A stretch of DNA of 64,000 nt from Zygnema circumcarinatum SAG 698-1b (Eukaryota; Plantae; Zygnematophyceae): NCBI GenBank assembly GCA_037447605.1, contig CM074816.1, positions 945,873 to 1,009,872 on the forward strand, written 5' to 3'. A program made the position numbers and the translations under genes. Numbering within the stretch: position 1 is the stretch's first letter; each line of letters opens with the position of its first letter. The notes under the pieces were generated by a model that was not told where the DNA came from, did not search any database, and worked only from the letters and a program-made list of their open reading frames with translations. This document shows, piece after piece, positions 20,501-30,794 of the stretch.

Positions 20501-23500
20501 TGTTGGCTCGCCGCCGCCGCGTCCACCGTCCTGCCGGCCCGTCCACGCACTATCCCTATACCTAACCCTACATTCCCCCACTCGGTCCTTCAAGCCTGAT
20601 ACCTACTCCCTGCAAAATCATTTGAAATTAGAACTACTTTAGTATTGTATGCATGTCATACAGTCTCGTCTCTTCTGCAGGTCAAGTGACTATAGAATTC
20701 GTCTAACAGCGAATTACGAAACCTAGTATATCGTGGGCGTGCGTCATACCTTCGCTCAAATGTATAACAGATGCAGAGTTTTTTCTTGCTCAGATGTATA
20801 ACATAGAACTTTATATTTCCTCCAAGGAGGTTTTGCTAAAGATTATCACCATAACTTTTTTGATCAAAACCCTTATTGCATGAACCGAACCTTTTGAAAC
20901 TTGGCAGTTTGAAGTTTTCAGCTTGTCTGCACATTTAGATTTTTGTAGTTTTCACTGTGCAGTTTCCACACCTGCAAGACCGCCGCCAAGTCGACCGCCT
21001 CCGCGATCGCCGCCACTTCCGCCCCCTCCGACGCCGCCTCCATCTCCGCCCCCTCCGAGGCCACCTCCCTCTCCGCCCCCTCCGATGCCGCCTCCATCTC
21101 CGCCTCCTCCGAGGCCACCTCCCTCTTCGCCCCCTCCGAGGCCGCCTCCACCTCCGCCTTCTCTAAGGCCACCTCCATCTCCGCCTCCTCCGCGATCACC
21201 GCCACCTCGACCTCCCCCAAGGCCGCCGCCGCCGCCACTTTCTCCGGACGGTAACGGAAAGTAGTCAAGATTGTTGTTTTCCTCTGTTTTTTAATCACTA
21301 TCTTTTTTTGGGTTGCACAAACAGTAGTTATTATCAAAAAACTACTACCTTTGAGGAAAACCAGTCGTCCCCACCTCTGTCTTTTGATCATTATGTGAGA
21401 AAGGTTTGCTGGCTGAGTGCTAGAAGCATCACGAGGACAGAAAATCCACCATACAAAACGCAGTGTTCAATACTAAGAGGGAAGAGATTACAGTCACTCA
21501 TCGGTCTCGTTCAGATCTGCTGCTTGAGCCTGCTCTCCGGATGCCTAGAGCTTACATTATGGCTTCAAGCTATTTTAAGACTTTCTCCATGGCTGTCTTC
21601 TGCCACTTGGTACAGTTGTTGCTCTTTTGGAGTTCAAGAGGGCGTTCGCAAACGACGTCCTGAGTAATTGGAAGCTAGAGAGCTCTGTATGCAGCTGGGA
21701 CGGTGTAGGATGCACCACAACTTCACCAAAAAGAGTCAACAAACTGTGAGAGATCCTTCCTTGTCACCTCTTCATTCTTCTAGCGTGATTTTGAAGTATG
21801 AAGACAATGTTTATAATGGTTATTTAAGAAATAAGAGTACAAACGTGGATTTCCTGCGCCTAAAAGAAACGAACTTTCATCCGAAAAAAGAAAATATTGA
21901 CTCAGAACCATTCAAGTTTTGCCCTCTGCTGTAACACTTGTAGTGACTTATCAGAGAAGGAAAATCCTTCTTAGTTCAAGACTCTCCTTGGTAATGAGTC
22001 TGTGTGGAGGTCATGAGGGGAATAGTGTCAAACAGAAAATGCTCTGCACGTTCACGACGAAAAAAAAAACACAGGAATATAACTGTGAACTAACGCCTGA
22101 CGAAGAATATCACCTATAATGTTTGAAGTGAAGAAACTATCGTTGAGAGAAACAGAACTTTCCAAGACAGGCAACTGAAGTGCGTGTGTCGGTTTTGACA
22201 GCTTGTTGCCCGGAGGTGATCTGGTCAGTCCGCTGAACGGCACGATCTCACCCTCCATCGGCAACCTTGCAGCTTTGGAGGAATTGTGAGCACCTCTTAC
22301 CCTTGTCGATCTTCGACAGCCAACTTTGGCATATGCCAGCGGATAATTTCCTGCATGTCTGCAAAATTTGTACTTGGAAACCACCGTATACTTGGGTGCA
22401 TGCTGCCCACTCATAACTATCGTTGTTGTGGACGTACCGTCGAGCAAGCCACACGAACTTCCTCATGTCCACAAGAAAGGCATGGGTCGCGAGTTCGGTG
22501 CGGAAACTGGTTTGGCATGTGAATATATTAGCAAATCATGTATAGGATTTGATCAGTTCTCTTAGATTTGTAAGATTTTTCAAGGAATTTTGTTTCCAAG
22601 ACGATCAAGTTGAACGTGCATGCCTGCATTCGCAGTCGCACCTGCCATTCATGCTCGTTTTTGCCAACGATGTGCCTTATTTTGATTGAGCCTAAGACTG
22701 ACACATGTTCGAGTTAACATTGACATGTTAGTTGTAGCCAGGACTATGACTCCATGAAATGCATGCAAAATGGGCTACACAGAATTTCGTGACACTCAAT
22801 CTGGGCTGGGTATCTTGGATGTCTCCAAAGACATAGTCAAATTTCGAATCTATGACCTAAATCTATCATATGAAAAGTATTCTACGAAGGGTTTTTTCCA
22901 TATTTGTACCTTCTAGCTAGGTAACTGCCATGACCTTATGCTCAGATGCACGTTGTGTGCAATGTCGCAGGGATTTGTCGAACAACAAACTCAGCGGCGT
23001 CATTCCAAACACACTTGGCCAACTTCAGAATTTGAAAAAATTGTGTGTGATATTCACCTTTGGTCATTGTTTTGAAATGGAAAAAGTGTGATATAGTCTG
23101 CGACAAAGGAAGAATTGGACGTCTGCCTACCATTGAGCCTATTTCGTTTTCATTTCTCGAAATCCGTCGCTTTCATCGTGTGCTTGCTTCGACAGAATTA
23201 TTTTCTATGTGATTCATTTGTTTAGTATGGGTGACATGAGCTATGGCAGGACTTTGTCAAATAATCAGTTGACGGGCGTTATTCCCGCTTCCCTAAGCAA
23301 CCTCACCTCTCTTACGGAGATGTAAGTGCCGAGTTGACTGTCCGACCAAGATGAGTGCCCACGTTTCTGCTGTGTGTGTTAAGAAATGCAACCTCCAACT
23401 GTTTGGTCGAATGGAACTTCAATCCTGCGGATATGATATGAGTCACTGCTTCAAAGGAGTATCAACCATATCCACTGAAACAGAGCGGATTGACGTTGAC

Positions 23501-26500
23501 TTGAGGCTGCTTTCTTGCAGATCATTGTCACTAAATCAGCTTACTGGGGAGATGCCCACTTCCTTCGAAAATCTAAACTCTCTTTCGATACTGTGAGTGT
23601 CATTTTGGCCTTCACTAAATTACTTTGCTACTACTAATTTCTTACTTTATGTAATAAAAAGACAGTTCAGCAGCTTTGCAACAACTAACTGGGTGCAAAT
23701 AATCTCAACACAAGTGATCGCAATTGAAAACGACCAAGTAAACTCGTCCATCGGTCCTATGATGGAATGAACGGAAAACTGGTGTCCCTAATGGGAGAGG
23801 ACTGAGAATGAGAGACACGAGAGGTTCTGGAATCAATCAATTTTCGAAAAATAGGAGTTGATTCATGAAGCATTTAATCACGTTTTCTAAACGTATGGGG
23901 TGCACCACTTTGGAAAGCTCAGGTGATTGATTGTTCGTAATTTTTACTCTTACATGCTGGGTCCACAGAAACTTCGGAGGCAATCAGCTGAGCGGCCCAA
24001 TTCCTGCTTCGATCGGCACACTGAGGGGTCTCAAAGAACTGTGAGTCATTCTGCTTGAAGCTGTGTCATTATCGCAATAACCAAATCCACGGCTAGAAAG
24101 GGATTCTGAGCATTTACACGACAATGAGGACATCTCGAATACTTGCTACTTTCTTGTCTTGATGTCGGTGCCCCAAGTTTCGATGCAATTTACAATGTCC
24201 AAATTTGAATCCTTATTCTTATGTTGCGTCTTCTCCGCGGCGGATGTGGCAGGCGCTTGTCAAATAATCGATTCACTGGAACCATTCCAACAACTTTTGG
24301 AGGGCTGTTATCGATTCGAAGCCTGTGAGCTAGCTGAACAATGAATTCATTGACCTGAATGAAAGTCAAGATAGATGAAGACCAGTAGCCCATTATGACG
24401 GGTTACAACGAAAATGTAGAAAGTAGGACTATTGCACTTAGCATTTTTCTATTCAGCATTAACTGCGGTCCTCTCACTGTCACAAAAAAATCACTAGAAT
24501 TGAAGACGGGCGATAAGACTTCAGGAAGTCGGTACACTATTGGGATTTGAGCAAACTGTTTATGTTAATTTTCCTGCAGGTCTTTAGCAAAGAATCTTCT
24601 CATCGGGCCAATCGTGTTTGACTTCGGACAACTTGAAGACGTGGCTTTGAGCTTCGACGACAATTACTTTTCGGGTGAACTTTCGATTACTGTGAAAGGC
24701 GAGCCACGGAACTGCGCTGGACTTAACCTCAACTGTTTTGCTGATTTAGATGAGAACTGCGGCGAGCAAAGAGATGACGACTCCTGCAACAACTTCTGCA
24801 ATGCAAGGCAGCCGCAGGGCGCGTGTGGTGGGAACGGGTACTGCTCTTATAATGGTAGCCAGCCGACCTGCACTTGCGATATTGGGTACAACATCACCTC
24901 AGATACGAACACTTGTGTTTTTGGTGAGATCTCGACTATGCTTTCGATTTCGGTGTGGGTTATATTGTGATTCATAATCTCCTCGCTTGATACCCAGTGA
25001 AGGTTAATTTTTTGAGAAACATTTTCCAAAATGAGCATCTAAGAGGTTCCTTTTGCAAAAAGGGTAGGCGAGTGGTAGATTACGCAGGTTATGCAGCAGA
25101 AATCCTCTTTGAAATTTTGTATTGCTTCTGTCGACATGTAGGGGGACGAGGTTTTGGCTTAGACACGAGCCTCCCCATCACACCATATGCGAAACTGAAC
25201 CGCTCTTTTCGCTATGCGACAACGGGATACTTGAGGCAGAGAAATGGCAAGTCTTCGTGGCAGGTGGCCATCGCCTGGAATTGGACGGTGGAAGGAGCCG
25301 TCCAAAGCGTCAAGGATCAAGGAAGCTGCAGTGAGTGCTCAGCTCCTCCTTTAGTATTTGAAGGACCTGAGTCATTATGACTGTATTGCCATTCTACGAA
25401 TAGGATCCAGCAAGTAATGTATCTCAAAATCATTCTACATTGCATGCACTTGGTCCTCAACAACCTTGACACAACTTTTCTATAGAGATTTTCTTACTCA
25501 TCTTTAGTTAGGCAGAGACATCGGGTCATACTGGTTTTTGCTGTTTGAGGCATTTTAGAGAAGGATGCTGACTAAGGACATGGAGAACTCAAATGCATGT
25601 CAGAGGCTGATTCATGTGGCTGTTTTCTTGCAGGCTCTTGTTGGGTATTTTCTACTATATCTGCCATTGAAAGCGCAATTTTCATCGTCAACGGTGGAAA
25701 TATTCCGACCCCGCAGTTGGCAGAGCAGCAGCTCTTGAGCTGCTCCTCCACCGGCAAGACCTGCTTGTCCGGGGGATGGCCCCAGGAGGCGCTTGACTAT
25801 GCCGCCAACAACGCCCTCACTTTAGCATCGAATTTCACGGGGCAAGCGAGCTGCGGAAAGGTACAAAAAACCTCTGCTGAAATGAGAGCTGGCCAAGGAG
25901 ATAGGCGAAAGAGTGACCTGCACAGCAGCAAAGAAAATTTTTGCTTGGTAGCAATTTCGGGTCATCCTTTTTTGTATACCAGTCTGCGTGAAGGAAAAGA
26001 AGAGCACAAACTGAAGATGCTTGAATTCCTTGAGTTTTCTCTCTCCTTCATGGCAGGACTTTGTGCACAATTAGGAAAAACTTCTTCATAAAGATTTATT
26101 TGACTTATTATGGGTGTGTAACTTGCAGGGTGATAACAGGTTTAAAATTACATCGTTTGAGCAAGTGGCCTTCAACGGCTGGCTGGGCTTACTGCTCATT
26201 CTGCAGCAGCAACCGGCCATTGTGAATATTGAAGCGAGCAGTTCCAACTTCATCAACTACAACGGAGTAATAACAATATAGACCTCTTCATGGCCCTGCT
26301 GGAAACTCATCGATTCTTTATTTCATTTTGATTCTCTGCCATTTGGGAAACGACCTTGCTTCTATTTTCTCAAGACGCTCACGTAATTGACTCTTAATTG
26401 TTGGCATCAGTGACATTACCTACTAACTATTTTTCCGATATTCATCTGACAACACTCATTTTTACAGCAAAATTCCTTGCGTTGCAGGGGGTGTTTGACG

Positions 26501-29500
26501 ATGAAGACTGCTTTTCTAACGGAGTGGATCACAGCGTGGCGGTGGTCGGATACGACTTGAGTGCGGATCCACCCTTTTGGATCCTCCGCAACTCGTGGGG
26601 CCAAAACTGGGGCGAGCAGGGTTACATGCGCCTCAAAATATCCGCCGGTTTGGGGATATGCGGCATCAACAGCCTTCCGGCACTTATGCCTGTAGTGAAG
26701 CCTGCAGGTGAGAGGGAGTTGTCGTTTTCATTCACGATCTTCAACTTTCATCACCGTGGCAGTTGACGTTGTTGCTTACTAGCCTGGCTCGAAGTAGCTA
26801 GCTCGCTTAGCTTAGCTTAGCGCGAAATATCCAAATGAGCTGATGGTACACGTAACATGCTTGCAGTGCGCAAGGCTAAGATTGCCCTTGTGATTGTCCC
26901 ATCAATTTTAATCAACCACCGGATGAAATCACACAGCTAAACGGTCAGTTAGACGAGAGGATGGCGATATTTCTCTAGCTCATTAGAATGAAAGCATGTT
27001 CGCTTTTCTTTTTTGGAGTTTCGCGACCATTGCACCGCTCCATTCTCAGCTTCTAGCAAGGAATAAATATTGATTTTGTTCGTACTCTCGTGTTTGGTGG
27101 ATGCAGACAACGATCCATGCTTTACGAGAAACTATGCCAGTACAGTGCTTATGACCACAAATGGACCAGGTACAATGAACCCGTGCGGAAATGGTGTGTG
27201 TACTGTGAATGGTTCTACGAACCAATGTCGCTGTTCGGAGGGATTCGTGGCAGTGACCAACAGCGACAACTCGCAAACATGTGCACCACGTGGGTGATCA
27301 ATTCCATGAAGTAGATGTTCATGTCCGTTCATGTTTGTTCAATGAACTAACCTTCGAAAATCTTTTTCATCAAATGGTGTACCACTCCGTGCATCTCTGA
27401 CCAACGCGTATGCATGTAACTACCGAGACCAGTAACGTATAGTGTAAAGGCTTTTTCACCTCTGATTTCCTTCTTATTTCCAATGCAAGCTCTAATCAAA
27501 CGATCAGGAAAGCGCTTAATTGTTGCTACATACGATTTGAAGTACTTAGTAAACAACCGTATGAGTGTCTCCTGTGGAGCAGTCTCCCCTTGCACCTTCG
27601 CTGCAAGCAACCCCTGCGGCGTGGGGACGTGTCTCAATGTGGTGGCGACACCTGGCGCGTACGCCTGCGCCTGCCCGCTGGGATATGCCTCCGACTCTCC
27701 GGATGGCATCCTCACATGCGTGCCAGGTCAGATCTCCGTTCTTTCTAGAACTGATAAAATATTTCTTAAGCAAGATCACGATTGCAATTTCACATTTTCG
27801 GAGCGTTATAGCGATGCGATCGAACGAAATTTCCTTCGTGACTTGAAGAACACGGAAGATGACCCGAATTATGACGACTCTACTACCTAAACAATCACAC
27901 GAATGCGCTATCACTTTTTGCTTCTCCTTTTTTCTAGGAAAGGAACTAATCGTTTCTGAGGCCATTCTTACTCAAAGCTGTGATTGGTTTGGATGTCGCC
28001 TTCAGCCGCAATAGCTACAGGATTGCAGTCCTTTACTGTGCCAGCCGGCGCCAACATGAGTTGCTACGACATATTTATCTTGTATGGCATCAAGAATGAC
28101 GTTTTCTTAGCCCAAAATAAGGTCAGTGAGAGAGCGCACATCCTCTCACAACAACTTATCGTACATCTCTCTCACTTTCCTTGAATCTACATCCAAGAAA
28201 GGCTTATAGCCCCTTTCTTCGGCTATTACTCTCTCATTGTGCTCATAGTTGGTGCTTCTTTCACAATCTCTTGTGCGTTTTTCAGAGGCTGAACTGCCTA
28301 TTGCCCTTGCCGGGAGGTACGGTGGTGAATGTCACCACTTACGGAAACTGCTCTGTGGTGTACGCTGTCAATGAGGTCAGCCTCCGTACTGTCTCCCCCA
28401 CTTTTTCTCTTTAAGATCTCTTCTTGATTTTTTCCCCTCCAACTATAATGTTTCACTCATGATCGAAGGTGCAGCTGACAGTTACCTTCTCAAATTTTGC
28501 TTCCTTCAGGGTGACACGTGTGAGGCAATTGCAGCATATTTCAATGTTACATCGATATATGGGCCCGGATCTCCCAATCCGGACTTAAGTTGCTCGCAGC
28601 TTCGACCTTTCCAGCAGGTACAGCTTCTGAACGTGGAAGGAGTTAAGCTCAATTTTTAGCATGTTCAGTTCAGTGAATTCTACTGATAAGATAAGAGCCC
28701 TCATTTGCACAAAAGCGTGAAGCATAGCAGAGCTTGTGAGCTGAATTAACTTCAAATCTTAACGTCCATTTGCACGTTGAATACCCAATGGCCAAAGATC
28801 CGTAATCTCGCATGCTACAATCCAACGGTCACAAAAAAAAAACAAATTTACTTAAAGAATCTGATCAAATTCTGGGAGCAACGCGAAGTATACGTACCTA
28901 CTAACTCTTTTCGTCTTTAATCGTTCGTAGTCCGAGGCACGGTGTCACATCATCAAACGACGTTAATAGTAGCCAAGTATGAATGTCGAATTCTCTTGCA
29001 GGTCTGCATTCAGAGGGGAGCCCTTGTCTATCCGGGGCCATGCACGAAGCCGTACGATGTGCAGCCCGAGGAGTCGTGCTTCTCCATCATAAGGAACGAA
29101 CTCGCTGGAGACATCAAAAAGTTCTACACGCTCAATCCAGGGGTGTACTGCGGCAAGCTGCTGCTCGCCACGAGCAGCAGCGCTTCGATTGGGCAGCATG
29201 TAAGAAACGAACGAAGAAAGCGCAATAAACTATTATAGGGTCATGCACGTGTCAAAGTCGTTACAAATATAGTTTCGGGTTTCGAATTTCTTTTCGGGTT
29301 GGTTTTAAACCATTTGTTCGACTTGGACGGAGTGAATGAAGATGTAGTTAGCATATGTGGCTGGCGGTTTCACTAATTGAAGAATTAACTCATATTTTTT
29401 GTCTTAACATCAGAACTATGTCCGACCTGTGTCCTGCAGGTGTGTCTGGAAGCTGCGAATCTTGGCGCCAGTGCGGGCTGCAGTGGCAACACGTACACGT

Positions 29501-29646
29501 TGAAGGCAGGAGATAAATGCGCCAGTCTTAAAAAGTGCTTCAACAAGAAGGAGAGTTTGAAAAAGCTCAATAGCTTCCCATGCACTGCGTCAGCCTTGAA
29601 AAAAATGAAGGCAATTTGTGTTCCTAAGACGAGCGCATGCGCTTAA
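14485..29646 (+). CDS. Secreted multidomain lectin-LRR-papain-EGF-LysM protein (about 1452 aa, 25 exons)
   Basis: Exons: 14485-14590, 16562-16687, 16927-17070, 17343-17552, 19075-19821, 20963-21250, 21616-21745, 22202-22285, 22971-23042, 23250-23321, 23521-23592, 23969-24040, 24253-24324, 24580-24923, 25142-25330, 25634-25860, 26129-26266, 26488-26707, 27107-27289, 27583-27726, 28006-28121, 28286-28375, 28510-28617, 29002-29199, 29440-29646 (4359 nt including stop). All 24 introns are GT-AG, phases match at every junction and no internal stop was found. Confidence 0.85.
15054..16260 (+). repeat. Diverged direct duplication in intron 1, with a third partial copy at 18400-18620 in intron 4
   Basis: Anchors ggaaagcatagc (15054, 15798), accgacctcact (15192, 15988) and agggt..ctctgcgctgctgcca..ggcagctctccctcc (near 15620, 16180, 18435). 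Confidence 0.75.
16562..17552 (+). CDS. Exons 2-4: ricin-B-type beta-trefoil lectin domain
   Basis: Three subdomains ending in GALW, NQLW, NQLW: GTCLNVPGGSTDADTVLVIWTCNGSSNQLW and SGLCLDATGSHNGDYVIQWYC...NANQLW (QxW repeats). Confidence 0.9.
18126..18348. promoter_or_regulatory. Intronic cluster of G-box/ABRE-like ACGT motifs
   Basis: Seven ACGT cores (GCCACGTGG, TGACGT, GCCACGTC, GCCACGTGGC, GCCACGTT, GCCACGTG, CACACGTGGC) in about 220 bp of intron 4. Confidence 0.4.
19075..19821 (+). CDS. Exon 5: complete legume (L-type) lectin domain in one exon
   Basis: FNYVNF...RLQLT...SFNARFSF...GDGLTF...GQFLG...AVKFDTYFN..NEPNGRHVGI...AWVEY...FVGFTAATG...HQILSWSF. Confidence 0.93.
20345..20452 (+). 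repeat. Degenerate interstitial plant telomere-type repeat (TTTAGGG)n in intron 5
   Basis: About 14 degenerate units: tagggtttagagtttagggcttgagggtttaggg...tttagggtttaggggttaggggtttaggg. Confidence 0.8.
20963..21250 (+). CDS. Exon 6: extensin-like Ser-Pro(n) rod
   Basis: Repeated SPPPP/PPSPPPPRP built from a 27-nt unit; phase-1 AG and GT borders. Confidence 0.9.
21616..24700 (+). CDS. Exons 7-14(5'): LRRNT cap plus about 7 plant-specific LRRs
   Basis: VVALLEFKRAF..LSNW...CSWDGVGC cap; repeats LDLSNNKLSGVIPNTLGQLQNLKK, LTLSNNQLTGVIPASLSNLTSLTE, ISLSLNQLTGEMP, LNFGGNQLSGPIP, LRLSNNRFTGTIP; five exact 72-nt phase-2 exons. Confidence 0.95.
24700..24923 (+). CDS. Exon 14(3'): Cys-rich/EGF-like module
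   Basis: CNNFCNARQPQGACGGNGYCSYNGSQPTCTCDIGYNITSDTNTC. Confidence 0.8.
25142..26707 (+). CDS. Exons 15-18: papain-family (C1A) cysteine protease domain
   Basis: Spliced [32 protein letters not shown] (oxyanion Gln, catalytic Cys); LAEQQLLSC..C..GGWP; DHSVAVVGY (His); FWILRNSWGQNWGEQGYMRL (Asn); CGIN. Confidence 0.95.
27107..27726 (+). CDS. Exons 19-20: two EGF-like modules
   Basis: NPCGNGVCTVNGSTNQCRCSEGF...TC and NPCGVGTCLNVVATPGAYACACPLGY...TC, each a phase 1-1 exon. Confidence 0.88.
28006..29646 (+). CDS. Exons 21-25: about four Cys-containing LysM-like repeats
   Basis: FTVPAGANMSCYDI..; YAVNEGDTCEAIAAYFNV...NPDLSCSQLRPFQQVC; YDVQPEESCFSI...LNPGVYC; YTLKAGDKCASL...LNSFPC...ICVP. Repeats 1 and 4 are more divergent. 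Confidence 0.8.
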
Positions 29647-29856
29647 ACACGAGGCTGCATTAGGAACTCTAGTGTTTTGGTAGCACCTACGGAAAGCTGA
29701 CAAGAGGGTGCTTGATGACTTCTGGGGTATCAAACTCCACATTTTTATGGAGGCATCGTGCTCGACCGGTTCATGACTTTTTGGTTGAAGAAAACTGAGC
29801 TGCGCATTGTATGTGTAACGTGCACACGCTGCCCGTGGATGCAATTCACGCTCAAT

Positions 29857-30402
29857 AGGGCGGGTCAGACTTTGCCCATGGCCAAATCAATTTAGTAAGC
29901 CTGTCGGGCAAGTTAAGCATTATTGTACGGCGGGAGAATTTAGTACTCAGCGCCGGTTCTGGTAATTTTGGAGCGCCGCGAATTGAGCAGAGCAATTTAG
30001 GTCTTTTAAGTCTGACCCCCCCTTTTTCGCACCGCCGCGCTCCCGCCGCCGCCGCCCTCCGTTTTGTCGCCACGCGCGTCACCACCGCGGGTTGCGGCGT
30101 CCGGGCGGCGGTGGAGAGGCGCTCGCGTGGGTGACGTGACGCGCATGGCGACAAGGCGCGGCGCGATTTCCCATCGGCGGAGTTCTTAATTTGCAATTCA
30201 TCGGTCTCCAGAGGGCGTGCGTTTGGGCGTGCTTAATTGGGCCTTTTTAGTATGCCTTTTAGTATTCTCGGAAATCACAGAACGGTACGGATAGGTTCGG
30301 CGGAGACGCGGTTTCCGAACCGAATTTTTTAATCGAAATAAGTACCTTCAGTATACTAAATTTGGGAATGAAGTACGCTCCGGGCTAAGTCTGACCCGCC
30401 CT
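29857..30402. mobile_element. AGGG...CCCT MITE about 210 bp downstream of the stop codon
   Basis: 16-bp perfect TIR AGGGCGGGTCAGACTT / AAGTCTGACCCGCCCT; left flank aat, right flank agc (TSD imperfect). Confidence 0.8.
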
Positions 30403-30434
30403 AGCATGGATTGGAAGAAACTGTACGAACCAAT

Positions 30435-30790
30435 AGGGGGAATCAGACATTGACCATCGCGAAATCAATTACTGTAAGCAAGCCTGTCGGGCGAATTAAG
30501 TATTGTACGGCGGGGGTTTTTAGTATTAAGCGCCGGTTTGGTAATTTGGAGCGCCGCGAATTCATGAGAGCAATTTAGTAGCCTTTCGCACCTCCGGGCA
30601 AGGTCTGACTCCCCCCTTTTCGCCCCGCCGCGCTCCCTCCGCCGCCCGCCGCCCGACGCCCTCCGTTTTGTCGGTACGCGCGTCACCACCGCGCGAGAAG
30701 CCTCCCGGAGAGGCGCTCGCACGTGCATCACGCGCATGGCTACAAGGAGGCGCGATTTCTCGTTGGCTGAGTGCTTAATTTGCGTTTAGG
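30435..30790 (+). mobile_element. Second related MITE copy, duplicating about 29857-30200
   Basis: aat|AGGGGGAATCAGACATTGACCATCG; colinear with 29857 onwards (aagcctgtcgggc, ggagcgccgcgaatt, ccctccgttttgtcg, ggagaggcgctcgc). Confidence 0.75.
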
Positions 30791-30794
30791 CCTT

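Noticed and set aside
20918-21391. Minus-strand ORF with EAEMEAASEGA repeats resembling a coiled-coil protein
   Set aside because: Antisense shadow of the 27-nt repeat in Pro-rich exon 6.
24997-25141. Open frame upstream of exon 15 as a possible protease prodomain
   Set aside because: No ERFNIN/GNFD motifs and it reads like intron (pyrimidine tract before the AG at 25140-25141). An alternative in-frame acceptor at 25088 would add only 18 aa.
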